Shown here one piece after another: positions 16,624 to 26,616 of a stretch of 64,000 nt of DNA; positions within the stretch are counted from its first letter, which is position 1; the number at the start of each line of letters is the position of its first letter. The position numbers were made by a program, and so were the translations under genes. This DNA is from Patescibacteria group bacterium (GTDB lineage Bacteria > Patescibacteriota > WWE3 > 2-01-FULL-39-13): NCBI GenBank assembly GCA_048499955.1, contig JASNYX010000004.1:3249-67248 (forward strand). The letters are read 5' to 3'. Under the pieces are notes generated by a model. It was not told the origin of the DNA, did not search any database, and saw only the letters and a list, made by a program, of their open reading frames with translations.

Positions 16624-18408
16624 TTATTCTCTTGTCCCGACCATGTAAACTGCCCCCCACGCTCTGTAATTGCTTTTAAAAGTGTCATTGTACAGAATTT
16701 CTTCACCTTTCTTTACTGTTCTATTAAAAACTACATTAGCTCCCCAAATTGCAGATTCAACCTGTTTTCTAGCTCCTTTATCAAGACTAGGATCATCAAT
16801 ATATGTTTCACCCGGAGGTGGGGTTCTAGACAAAATCTTAGGTTCAGAAACCTCAACAGTTCTACCGTCATTTTTTCCGTATATTGTATATTTCAATTTG
16901 TAGTTTGCTTTATCAATTTCAGCGGCGACTAAAATATAATTCGAAGTGTCGTTTTTAAATCGAAAATCTACGGATGGACTATAGATGGTAGCATCCAAAC
17001 CGGGAGGCGAACCTTGCTCGTAGTAACCGACCCGATACGAATGTGCACTTCTACTGGTAATCTGCAAGCCGGAGTTCAGTGCTGCCCGAAATACAGTTGT
17101 TGAAACCTGACATACACCACCACCATCACCTAAAACAGTTCGTCCTCCACTGATTACTTTCGCAGAACCGAAACCTGCTGCTCTGTTAATTGGACCAATA
17201 GCTTCCACAAAAGAAAATTCATGCCCCGGTGCGACGAGAATCCCGTTAACTTTATTTACAGCAGTTTCAATATTATGCACTCTTCCGGCATCAGAACCCC
17301 TAAATTGTGAAGTTCCTTCGCCTAAAACATCAGTTATTTGATATTCATTCTCAGAGTCAGGCGGTTCTGTCTGCTCTACAACCAAAGTGGTTTTTACTGC
17401 TTCGGAATTTTGTGCAAGTATAGCTTTTTCCACTTCTTCGTATGTTTCTTTGACTTTCAAACGTTGACCATTTTGAGAGGCGACGAATTTTTTAACCCTC
17501 TCATTCTCAACCTCTAAAATTTGTCCTCTAGGATTCCGATTAATTTGCTCGGCAATACTATCAAGTTTAGTTAATAACACGTTCTTATCGATTCCTAGTT
17601 CTAATCCGTCATATTTTTGTATTGGCTTAATGAGGCTGATGATATCTTCTTTGGAAAGCTTCCACTCGGAATCTTCATAAGTTAGTGAGAATTCATTTTT
17701 TAGTTTTTCCTCAAGTACAGGTTTCAACTTTTCAAGATCCTGGGCGACAATCGAAGGATTAACTACAGCCACGTTTACGCTAAAACGTCGTTCATTCTTA
17801 CCTGAAGAGAATGCTTCAATAATTTGGGATTTGAATTCGTGGTCATTTATATCCTCACCTGACTTGCCGGGGATAATCGCAAGTTTCCCATTTGAGTACT
17901 CAAATCTGGCATCTTCATATTCATCCAAGTTGCCTAGCTCAAAAAGTCGCATAGAAGTTTCCAGAAGACGCTGGTCATAATCATATAAGGCACTCACTTT
18001 TGTCTCATCAAACATGCTTAGTATCTTGAATTTTATATCTCTTAAGAAATTATTCGATCTGCCGAGATCAAAAGCCTTTTTAACCGAGGCGACGGGGAGA
18101 AACCTAAAATTCAGTTCGGAAGACTTCATTTCAACCTCATTACCTTTTACCAGAATTTTCACCACTTGGTCCTGTGGTAAATCATCACCCAGTAAGTCAA
18201 TTGCTTCATCCGGGGTTAATCCACCTATATTAATGCCGTTCACCTGAACGTTAGGGAGTATTTTATTTGCGAAATATAGGTGATAAGCAATAAACGTGGT
18301 TATCAATGCGAAATACGCTAAAAAAGTGGCTTTTTTCACGATCTTAAAGATTGGTATTTTTGCTAGAGTTTTATTCTTATTTTTAAAGTTTCTGATTTTT
18401 CGAACCAT
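16624..18408 (-). CDS. VanW-family protein (YoaR-like, with peptidoglycan-binding N-terminal region)
   Basis: N-terminal TM helix. The VanW core is GGGVCQVSTTVFRAALNSGLQITSRSAHSYRVGYY. The C-terminal G5-like region is TYIDDPSLDKG. Confidence 0.75.
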   Translation of the reverse strand: MVRKIRNFKNKNKTLAKIPIFKIVKKATFLAYFALITTFIAYHLYFANKILPNVQVNGINIGGLTPDEAIDLLGDDLPQDQVVKILVKGNEVEMKSSELNFRFLPVASVKKAFDLGRSNNFLRDIKFKILSMFDETKVSALYDYDQRLLETSMRLFELGNLDEYEDARFEYSNGKLAIIPGKSGEDINDHEFKSQIIEAFSSGKNERRFSVNVAVVNPSIVAQDLEKLKPVLEEKLKNEFSLTYEDSEWKLSKEDIISLIKPIQKYDGLELGIDKNVLLTKLDSIAEQINRNPRGQILEVENERVKKFVASQNGQRLKVKETYEEVEKAILAQNSEAVKTTLVVEQTEPPDSENEYQITDVLGEGTSQFRGSDAGRVHNIETAVNKVNGILVAPGHEFSFVEAIGPINRAAGFGSAKVISGGRTVLGDGGGVCQVSTTVFRAALNSGLQITSRSAHSYRVGYYEQGSPPGLDATIYSPSVDFRFKNDTSNYILVAAEIDKANYKLKYTIYGKNDGRTVEVSEPKILSRTPPPGETYIDDPSLDKGARKQVESAIWGANVVFNRTVKKGEEILYNDTFKSNYRAWGAVYMVGTRE

Positions 18409-18459
18409 CTGGGTAATTCTACCCCAGAGGCCTATTATACGGAAAGGACAGCAAATAGC

Positions 18460-18819
18460 TTAAACAACAATATACCGGTGAGCATTTTCTCTAATCCATT
18501 TATGATGGCTGCGATATTGAGGGTCAATCCGCGAAACCTCTTTCCAGTAATGTTCGCTATGATTTTGATGAGTTAAATGCGCCAATTCGTGTTTTATGAT
18601 GTATTCCATAATCTTTTTGGGGAATTTTATAATCTGCCAATTAAAGTTGAGGTTTTTCTTTGAGGAACAACTTCCAAGCCTGGTTCGCTGATTTCTTATA
18701 GCAATTCTATTGTATTTATAGCCATGCAGCTGAGCAATTTTTTCAACATTTGAGACTATAACTTCGCGGGCAAGGTCTTTATTCTTGTAATATTGGGTTT
18801 TCCTCACGGTCTTTTTCAT
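18460..18819 (-). CDS. DUF45/YgjP-like (WLM/M48-like) metal-dependent hydrolase, short form
   Basis: HExxH-type motif IIKHELAHLTHQNHSEHYW. The 119 aa correspond to the C-terminal half of typical YgjP proteins. Confidence 0.5.
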   Translation of the reverse strand: MKKTVRKTQYYKNKDLAREVIVSNVEKIAQLHGYKYNRIAIRNQRTRLGSCSSKKNLNFNWQIIKFPKKIMEYIIKHELAHLTHQNHSEHYWKEVSRIDPQYRSHHKWIRENAHRYIVV

Positions 18820-19048
18820 GCTTAGAGGAACATTGGAAAATCCTCTTAAGCTAATTCCGAAAGCCGGAATTTCTCAATATTACAATTGAAATCTTTAAGA
18901 AGATTTTGCAATGATTTCCAACTTAAAAATACGCTAGAAATCAGCTTTTTGGGCTGAATGGGCGTTGCTCGTAATTTCTTCCGAGAGTAGCCCTATATAG
19001 GCAAGATGCCAACAGCGGTAGCTTAGATATGAGCTGTTACTGCTTGCT

Positions 19049-20410
19049 ATGGCTGGGGTGGAGCCAAAATATGTTAGCATTATAACAGCTATGGATTTGA
19101 AAAGTACATACAAAAGATTACTTGAGAAAAGCGTTGAAATTCAGAGCATTTCAACCGATTCGTCATATCAAAGTCAAGTTGAGGTAATGGCCAAATGGTG
19201 TGCATCGGAGCTGTCGGAAATCGGCTTTGAAACCGAATATATCGAGGGATATGGTAACCCAATTATTCTCGCAACGCTTTTAATTAATCCGAAACTCGAA
19301 ACTGTAATTCACTATGGACACTACGATGTTCAACCCGCCTCGGAAGATGAAGGATGGGATTCAAACCCCTTTAAACTAGTCGAACAAGACGGAAGATACT
19401 ATGCTAGAGGTTCCACCGACAATAAAGGACAATTTCTTGCATATTTCGCAGTTATAAAACAACTGATCAGAGAGGGCAATCTAGGCTACAACATAAAGTT
19501 TATACTCGAAGGAAATGAAGAAACCGGGTCTCCGCTTCTAAGCAAGTTTATCCGAGATTATAACCATAAACTCCAAGCTGATTTCGCATTAATCTCTGAT
19601 GGTGAACAGGTTAACGGGCAACCTACAATCGATATTTCTTACAGAGGATCAATCAATGCCGAACTTACTGTTTATGGGCCGGTAAACACGCTTCATTCCG
19701 GACTATATGGAGGAATCATTACAAATCCGGCAAACCTACTTACACAGGTGATATCACAAATTACTCAGCCAACAGGGTCAACTACAGTTTTCGGACTAAC
19801 CAAATCTTTGATCTCCCCTGAAGACGAACTCAACATGAGCGAAAATCAATTCAACTATAAAGAGTTCTCAGAATCTACAGGAATCGAACGTCCCTTACAA
19901 AGTAGCACCAGAGAAATATATTACACACTGGGGTTTACAAACGTTATTGAAATTACCGGGATTACCTCAGGGTATACAGGTGAAGGATTCAGAAATGCTA
20001 TTCCGATTAGTGCCACAGCAAAAATCAATATCAGGTTTGAACCGGGTTTAAAACCGGAAGAAGTCACTGAGATGATTACTAATAAAATTAATGCACTAAT
20101 TTCTCCACAAACTAAATACAGCTTTGAAATAAAAGATACTTCTTACGGGATAAAAATGGAAACTCAGAATATATATGCGCAGAAAGCGATAAAATTACTC
20201 GTAGAAGCTTATAATAAACCGATATTTTACAACTACTGTGGTGCAACACTTCCTATTGCCTACGATTTACAAGAAGGACTTAAAATCCCCACTATTTTTA
20301 CCGGACTAGCAAATGCTGACTGCAACATGCACGGAGCGAATGAAAATATAAGCGTAGAAGTTATAGAAAAAGGTCTCAACTTTCTCAGAAACTTTTTAAA
20401 GTCGAATTAA
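19049..20410 (+). CDS. M20-family dipeptidase/metallo-hydrolase
   Basis: Metal-binding motifs HYGHYDVQPA, RGSTDNKGQ and LEGNEETGS. Confidence 0.75.
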   Translation: MAGVEPKYVSIITAMDLKSTYKRLLEKSVEIQSISTDSSYQSQVEVMAKWCASELSEIGFETEYIEGYGNPIILATLLINPKLETVIHYGHYDVQPASEDEGWDSNPFKLVEQDGRYYARGSTDNKGQFLAYFAVIKQLIREGNLGYNIKFILEGNEETGSPLLSKFIRDYNHKLQADFALISDGEQVNGQPTIDISYRGSINAELTVYGPVNTLHSGLYGGIITNPANLLTQVISQITQPTGSTTVFGLTKSLISPEDELNMSENQFNYKEFSESTGIERPLQSSTREIYYTLGFTNVIEITGITSGYTGEGFRNAIPISATAKINIRFEPGLKPEEVTEMITNKINALISPQTKYSFEIKDTSYGIKMETQNIYAQKAIKLLVEAYNKPIFYNYCGATLPIAYDLQEGLKIPTIFTGLANADCNMHGANENISVEVIEKGLNFLRNFLKSN

Positions 20411-20475
20411 AGATACCCGCAAACAAAAAAAGCCCCAGTTTTCCCTGAGGCTTCATGAAAATTTATTAAAGAGAA

Positions 20476-21456
20476 TTATTTCAGATATTCATCGATAATA
20501 ACTTTTAGCTGTTCAAACGGAACGGCACCTTCGATCTGTCGACCCATAATAGTTCCATTAGAGGTGCTTTTACCCACAAAGAAAGTAGGAGTTCCATATG
20601 CTTCCACGTTTATAGCATCGTTAATATCTTTTCTTACCTCATCACCGTATTTTTCAGTGTCTAAACACTGTGAAAAATTGTCCATATTCAAATTTAGATC
20701 TCTAGCAATGGATATAAGATCTGATTTTTGCAGAGGCTGAGCACCTGGTGTGCCTGGCTTTGGAGCACGAGCAAATAGTTGATCATGATATTTCCAGTAA
20801 GCATCATCGCTACCCTGCTCGAATGCACAGTTAGCAGCAAGTGATTTTTCGAATGCCAATGGGTGAAGTTGCTTAACAGGTAAATCACGATAAACAAATT
20901 TCACTTTTCCGGTATCAACATATTCCCTCTTTAAACTCGGATAAATTTCATCATAAAAATATTTACACCAAGGACAATCATAATCCGAGAACTCTATAAT
21001 AGTGACGGGTGCATCTTTAGAACCTAAAACCGGATCATCATCAATTGATACTTCCATAATCTTCGGTTCATTCGGATTTCGTTGGGCATTATTCGCAGCA
21101 TTGTTAGCAGAAGGCTGAGAGCTAGCGGTATTAGCAAAACCAATATGCTTTCCGATTTTATTTTCGAACCAAGTAGTTCGAGTAAAAATCATCATGAAAC
21201 AAATCAACAATGCGGATCCCAAAACAGCCGAAGCCAGAATTAATGTATTCACATCATATTTCGAAGACTTTTTATTTTCAGGGTAATACTTACCGTTATT
21301 CTCAAGTAAGTCAGATTTCAGTTCTTTCTCAAGATTTCTATCGTAAAAACCAAAATGATTTAAGACATTCAATTTTCTTAAAAATCTGATGTCCTTTTTC
21401 ATATCGCTTAAATTTTTAATAATTTCGTCGTGGGATTCAGATGGGTTAGAAGACAT
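20476..21456 (-). CDS. membrane-anchored DsbA-like thiol:disulfide oxidoreductase
   Basis: TM helix. The thioredoxin-fold active site is CPWC, in FSDYDCPWCKYFYDE. Confidence 0.7.
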   Translation of the reverse strand: MSSNPSESHDEIIKNLSDMKKDIRFLRKLNVLNHFGFYDRNLEKELKSDLLENNGKYYPENKKSSKYDVNTLILASAVLGSALLICFMMIFTRTTWFENKIGKHIGFANTASSQPSANNAANNAQRNPNEPKIMEVSIDDDPVLGSKDAPVTIIEFSDYDCPWCKYFYDEIYPSLKREYVDTGKVKFVYRDLPVKQLHPLAFEKSLAANCAFEQGSDDAYWKYHDQLFARAPKPGTPGAQPLQKSDLISIARDLNLNMDNFSQCLDTEKYGDEVRKDINDAINVEAYGTPTFFVGKSTSNGTIMGRQIEGAVPFEQLKVIIDEYLK

Positions 21457-21475
21457 ATATCCACATAATACTTTT

Positions 21476-22579
21476 TTAGTTTGCCAAAAGCAAACTGATA
21501 TTCTTCAAGTTATTTAGGATTTCGTCACGATGATAATTGCTCAATATTTCAGGTTGCCCATAATCATGAATATAAGTTGGTATAAATTCAATGTCGACTA
21601 ATTCTTTACCGGAAAAATAATATTTCCCGATAACACCTTCCCTGGTTTTTTCCGACCACATTTGATCAAAAATTAAATTTCCATGCGAATACATTATTAC
21701 TTTACCTTCGTAAATCTCTATCGGTTGATACCAATGTGGGTGATTTCCTAAAACTAAATCAGCACCTGAATCTATACTTAGCCTAGCAAAATCGATCTGC
21801 CGTTGAGTTGGTTGATGGGTATATTCATTTCCCCAGTGGTACATTACTATTACTAAATCTGAATTATTCTGTGCATACTTAATTTCGTTTTCTATTGATT
21901 TTCTTTCAATACAAGCAATTCCACCATACAGACACTCAATATCGTTGTAAGCCAAAAATGCGATTTTTATCCCCTTAACTTCTTTATATACCGGGTTTTT
22001 AATCCCTACAGAAAGCATATTATTTTCGGTTAAAACTTCTAATGTGTCGTTTAATCCGGAAATGCCGTAATTCATAGTGTGATTATTGGAAATCCCCACA
22101 ACGTCTATCCCTGCATGAAGTAGACCTTCAACGTGTCTGGTGCTTGAACAAAAAATCATTCCATCGTTTTTTACCGGACAATTTTTTATCATCGGATTTT
22201 CAAGATTAATAAAGGCGATATCAGATTCTCTTAAAGTATCTGCAACGTTCCTAAAAGCCCAAGAATAATCACTATATTGGATAGTTTTATAGTTTACCGT
22301 TCGTCCGAGCATTACATCACCTGTAACGGCTAGGGACCAAATAGTTTCATCTGCCTCAGGAATTGTTCCGTCAAATATAGAGTCAATCGTTATAGTCTGT
22401 GGAGTTTTTTGTCTTGTCGGATCACTAGGAAAAGTATTAAGTTCTTCAGTCTGAACCTCAACCCGGGGCACATTATTCGAATCATCTAACACCGAAGAGT
22501 CAATGTCTGATGTAAGGGCAAAGAACAATATAGTAACAGCTAAAATATAAGGAGTATATTTGAACTTTTTAAGTCCCAT
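21476..22579 (-). CDS. CapA/PgsA-family metallophosphatase (poly-gamma-glutamate capsule synthesis-like)
   Basis: N-terminal signal/TM. Motifs GDVMLGRTV, GISNNHTMNYG and HWGNEYTHQPT. Confidence 0.7.
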   Translation of the reverse strand: MGLKKFKYTPYILAVTILFFALTSDIDSSVLDDSNNVPRVEVQTEELNTFPSDPTRQKTPQTITIDSIFDGTIPEADETIWSLAVTGDVMLGRTVNYKTIQYSDYSWAFRNVADTLRESDIAFINLENPMIKNCPVKNDGMIFCSSTRHVEGLLHAGIDVVGISNNHTMNYGISGLNDTLEVLTENNMLSVGIKNPVYKEVKGIKIAFLAYNDIECLYGGIACIERKSIENEIKYAQNNSDLVIVMYHWGNEYTHQPTQRQIDFARLSIDSGADLVLGNHPHWYQPIEIYEGKVIMYSHGNLIFDQMWSEKTREGVIGKYYFSGKELVDIEFIPTYIHDYGQPEILSNYHRDEILNNLKNISLLLAN

Positions 22580-22628
22580 CGTTAATTATCAGAGAGGTGT
22601 ATAGGCATATTTTACGATAAATCCGCTA

Positions 22629-23915
22629 TTAAACAATAAGGAAGCTAGCGTAAATCAATAATATCAAAGCAGAAATGATGGGAGATATTTCAGATATATA
22701 GGCAACACGATTAAAAACCGGTTTTTTCAAAGCACTAGCCAAAAAAACTACGAGTGACAAGGCAATCAGGATTCCAAATCCAAAACTAAGAATCGACGGA
22801 ATTATTAGCCAGATTTTTTTAGCTGAAATTACCAACATAAAAATCGACCAACCAAAGATACAAGGAGCTAAACCTGAGATGAATCCGATCCATATCTGTT
22901 CACGATAGGATCTTCTATCATCGAATAATTCTTCATGACTGTGTTCAAACTCACCATGTGAATGTGTATGTGGCTTCATTATTGGATTCTTATTATCAGA
23001 AGATTTTCCATCCCTTAATTTATCTTCTCGATATGCTGCAATATTTCTAAATAACATATAAAGTGCCATGAAAAATAGTGCGTATGCCGCAAACTTCTCT
23101 AACATATTGAACTTCGAATAAATATCAACAAAGTTATTAATAAATAGGAAAATTAGGCCGATAATAATAATGTCACCAATATGCGTAAGCGTGAAAATAA
23201 CGCTATAAATCATGCCCCTTTTTACGGTCATACTGCGATGAAGCATCGCAGAAGTCAAAACAACCTTACTATGACCGGCTTCAACTGTGTGTAGAAATCC
23301 CAATAAGAATATAACGCTCAAAATGGAAAGTGCACTCATATCTCTAAAATCCTGATTGCCTGTTAGTGTACTTTTAAGCTTATTCCAAATCTTCTTAATA
23401 TTCGTAGTTAAACCCGATGCACTAACTAGGCCGGAAGATAACTCGGGATCTTCACGCTCAGAATATGAAGGATCATCCGGTCCGATGGGGATATCCGTAG
23501 ATATAAAATTTTGAGGTTTTATTAAATTAACGGAACCATTCTCCAGAACCATTTCGGATTCCTGATAGTACTTGTTCATCTCTACCTTATCCAGAAAAAG
23601 ATCTCCATTATAGATGCTCACAAAATTTGACTCATACTCGAAGAGTTCTAAGAATAAGCTATTTTTTAGCTTTAAGTTATTCAGCGGCTCACTACACTTG
23701 AATTTAAATACAAGCCTTGCTCCGATTGATAACGGATAATCACCATCGCTTTGAGGAAGATCCTCAAAACCGGATTCACACTTAGTACCGTTATTATAAA
23801 TCTCAAGGTGTGAAAGCACATATGCACTGTACACAGACTTATACTCCATCAACTCATAAATATCGCGTGCATCAACTCCTTTTTCCTTCGAAGCAAAGCT
23901 GCGGCTTGAAACCAA
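22629..23915 (-). CDS. RcnA/NicO-family nickel/cobalt transporter fused to an N-terminal ~200-aa soluble domain
   Basis: NicO signature LHTVEAGHSKVV (HxxExGHxK). His-rich loop HTHSHGEFEHSHEE. The annotated start is a TTG. A 52-aa signal-peptide ORF abuts it upstream (see findings). Confidence 0.55.
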   Translation of the reverse strand: MVSSRSFASKEKGVDARDIYELMEYKSVYSAYVLSHLEIYNNGTKCESGFEDLPQSDGDYPLSIGARLVFKFKCSEPLNNLKLKNSLFLELFEYESNFVSIYNGDLFLDKVEMNKYYQESEMVLENGSVNLIKPQNFISTDIPIGPDDPSYSEREDPELSSGLVSASGLTTNIKKIWNKLKSTLTGNQDFRDMSALSILSVIFLLGFLHTVEAGHSKVVLTSAMLHRSMTVKRGMIYSVIFTLTHIGDIIIIGLIFLFINNFVDIYSKFNMLEKFAAYALFFMALYMLFRNIAAYREDKLRDGKSSDNKNPIMKPHTHSHGEFEHSHEELFDDRRSYREQIWIGFISGLAPCIFGWSIFMLVISAKKIWLIIPSILSFGFGILIALSLVVFLASALKKPVFNRVAYISEISPIISALILLIYASFLIV

Positions 23916-24172
23916 TTTATATACAGATAACCTACGGAAGTTCTTGCATCAATTCGGAATCATCCGCATCCTTATAAAAATACAAGTATAGATCAGTATT
24001 ATCTAACGGATGTGCATAAACAGGAGAAGCAAATATCCCCTGCATGCATAATGTAATCAGTAAAACAAAAAGAATTTTAATTTTCATTAGCAAATAAATT
24101 GTTCCAAACCACGCAAAGTATACTACTATTTCAGGTAAGGATTATGCGTTAAAATCATTTTAAATTAGTGTT

Positions 24173-24850
24173 ATGAATACAAAGAAAATATCAATATTAG
24201 CCTTAATATCTTGTTTTATCATCGTTGCGAGCTTACTACTTTATACTTCAACCATTTCCAAAAGTAAGTCAGATACATCAAGCAACGGGAACACCCAGAT
24301 CACAGAGCTGGAATTCGAATCTGATAATAACTTAGATATATATGAGATCCATGACGCAGAAGTAACCTATGAAGCAGTCAAAAAGTTTTTCAACAAACCC
24401 GAGGAAACCGTAATAGGTGTTACAAAGAGCGTTTCAGGCAAAGCAACATGGAATCCTGAAACAAAAGTCGTACAGGCAGATATTCGGGTTAATCTTGCTG
24501 ACCTTCAAACAGATAATCCTAAAAGAGATGAGCATGTAAAAGGTTTCTTTAATGACCTAAACGCTATATTCCAAATTCATAATCACATGGCCGAAATTGA
24601 GGTAGACACTATATTTAGAAATGAGGTTCAAGGTAGTATCACTATTAACGGAGTTACCAAAGAACTAACCTTTGAAGTCGAAGGCACTATCACTGAAGCC
24701 TCATTCGACGTTTCGGGCTACACGGACACCAGAATTTCCGAGTTTGGGATTAACCCTCCCTCTATGATGGGCGTTTTTACTGCAGCAGATGAAATCAAGC
24801 TGGGATTTAAAATCTCAGGGTCGAGAATTACTGATTCTACCCATCAATAG
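24173..24850 (+). CDS. YceI-family periplasmic protein
   Basis: Signal peptide. YceI motif NPKRDEHVKG. Confidence 0.65.
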   Translation: MNTKKISILALISCFIIVASLLLYTSTISKSKSDTSSNGNTQITELEFESDNNLDIYEIHDAEVTYEAVKKFFNKPEETVIGVTKSVSGKATWNPETKVVQADIRVNLADLQTDNPKRDEHVKGFFNDLNAIFQIHNHMAEIEVDTIFRNEVQGSITINGVTKELTFEVEGTITEASFDVSGYTDTRISEFGINPPSMMGVFTAADEIKLGFKISGSRITDSTHQ

Positions 24851-24986
24851 CCACGATCTGGTATAATTACCTCATAGTTAAATATTCTCTTTTCGTGCGT
24901 GCGTCAGTGACTTCTTTCCCCAAAGTGAAATGTCATCCGTCAAGCAAAAAAGGTCAACATCTTTGGAGGTGAAAAAATAAATTCAT

Positions 24987-25295
24987 ATGTCAACAAAATT
25001 ATTCGTAGGAGGACTTTCATGGGGTACAACCGATGAAACACTTCGAAACTTCTTTTCTCAGTACGGTAATGTAGTCTCAGCATCTGTCATCATCGACAGA
25101 ATGAGCGGCAAATCCAAAGGATTCGGATTCGTCGAATACGCTACCGAAGCTGAAGCTCAAGCAGCTATGCAGGCAAATGGCCAAGAACTAGATGGTAGAA
25201 CTATCTCCATCAGCGAAGCCAGACCTCAGGCTCCTAGAGAAAACCGTTTTGGAAACGGGAATTCCGGTAGAGACGGAAACAGGAATAGATATTAA
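24987..25295 (+). CDS. RNA-binding protein, single RRM domain with Gly/Arg-rich tail
   Basis: RNP-2 is KLFVGGL and RNP-1 is KGFGFVEY. The upstream promoter-like element is TGGTATAAT. Confidence 0.8.
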   Translation: MSTKLFVGGLSWGTTDETLRNFFSQYGNVVSASVIIDRMSGKSKGFGFVEYATEAEAQAAMQANGQELDGRTISISEARPQAPRENRFGNGNSGRDGNRNRY

Positions 25296-25474
25296 TCGAT
25301 TCCTAAAGCAAATACTATTCCGCCACACCATATTTCATTATGAGTCGTGGCGGATGGTTTTGTGTATATCTCCCCCAAAATTGTCGTGAAACTATTTTTC
25401 TTTTCACAAAATCTTTCATAAAACTGCATCCATTAGAATTTGACCTAATTTGTTTACTAAAATATGATAGTGTT

Positions 25475-26164
25475 ATGGACGAGCTACTCAGGTACATAAA
25501 ATCTGCAATAGACAAAGGACAAACACGTCAAGAAATATCCGATAAATTGAAAACAACCGGATGGTCGGAAGAAAAAATTGCACTAGCTTTTTCTAGTATC
25601 GATGAAAATATACCTCTACCACCGACACCTTCCCTAGAATCCGCATCCGTATCCGTCAAACAGGAGGAATCTTCCGGAAATGTCAGCATGTGGGACAGTT
25701 TTGAGCACATATTGCTTTTCATTAGCTTGTATTCAATGGGTACTTCGATTGCACTAATACTTCACGCGTTAATCGATCAATGGATATTAGATTCTGCTAT
25801 AAATCAGTACGATTACTATGGAACCGAGTGGAGGGCAGACTCTTTAAGACTTTATCTGGCATTTCTCATCGTGTCCTACCCCATTTTTGCTTATATGTTT
25901 AATAGGGTAAGCAAAAAAACCGATATCGAACCGGCACTTAGAAGATTGAAATCGAGGAAAATACTTATATACATCACTTTGATCGTAACATTCCTGCTTT
26001 ACATGACCAGCATTGGGCAGACAATTTATAAACTGCTGAGCGGTTCTTTAACCGCAAATTTTATGGCACACGCACTAACAACAATTATATTAACCGGAAT
26101 AGTTTTCTACTATTATCTTCAACAAGTAAAGGATGATAGAAGAGCAGCCTCTACAATAAAATGA
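25475..26164 (+). CDS. hypothetical membrane protein (N-terminal soluble domain plus 4 TM)
   Basis: The start is chosen at the Met of MDELLRYIK. The C-terminal half is hydrophobic. Confidence 0.35.
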   Translation: MDELLRYIKSAIDKGQTRQEISDKLKTTGWSEEKIALAFSSIDENIPLPPTPSLESASVSVKQEESSGNVSMWDSFEHILLFISLYSMGTSIALILHALIDQWILDSAINQYDYYGTEWRADSLRLYLAFLIVSYPIFAYMFNRVSKKTDIEPALRRLKSRKILIYITLIVTFLLYMTSIGQTIYKLLSGSLTANFMAHALTTIILTGIVFYYYLQQVKDDRRAASTIK

Positions 26165-26616
26165 AAAGTCATCAGGCATTTTTAACTTTATTCACAATAC
26201 TTACGATCATAAGTGCAATTCTGGCCTTTTCGACAGCTGGAGCTCCCTGGAAAGCACGTGAAGAAAAAATTGATAATCAACACGTACAAAACATCTCTAG
26301 AATTGCAAACGATCTATATAGTGAATTTACACAGGCAAATCAACCTCTTCCTATGACTATCGAAAGTAAAAATTACTATGTAAACCCGGAAACTAATCTG
26401 CCTGACACCTATAACTATAGGAGACTTTCGGAACTCTCTTTTGAGCTATGTGCCGATTTTAAGACCAACACTTCAAACAGGCCTCCGTACATGCAATATG
26501 CAGGAAGTACGAATATCGATTTCAGACATAACGAAGGTTACCAGTGTTTCAAATTCAACTATTCCTATCCGGATAATTCAAAAATGATTCCAGTATCACA
26601 GCCACTAAATAGATAA
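26161..26616 (+). CDS. signal-anchored hypothetical protein
   Basis: The N-terminal hydrophobic helix is LTLFTILTIISAILAF. There is a 4-nt overlap with the upstream gene. Confidence 0.35.
   Translation: MKSHQAFLTLFTILTIISAILAFSTAGAPWKAREEKIDNQHVQNISRIANDLYSEFTQANQPLPMTIESKNYYVNPETNLPDTYNYRRLSELSFELCADFKTNTSNRPPYMQYAGSTNIDFRHNEGYQCFKFNYSYPDNSKMIPVSQPLNR

Noticed and set aside
18820-19048. Hairpin AATTCCGaaagCCGGAATT in the 230-nt intergenic region before the M20 peptidase gene (possible terminator or ncRNA)
   Set aside because: It lies upstream of both flanking genes, so it is not a terminator for either. There is no T-tract or conserved RNA motif recognisable by eye. This is insufficient to call.
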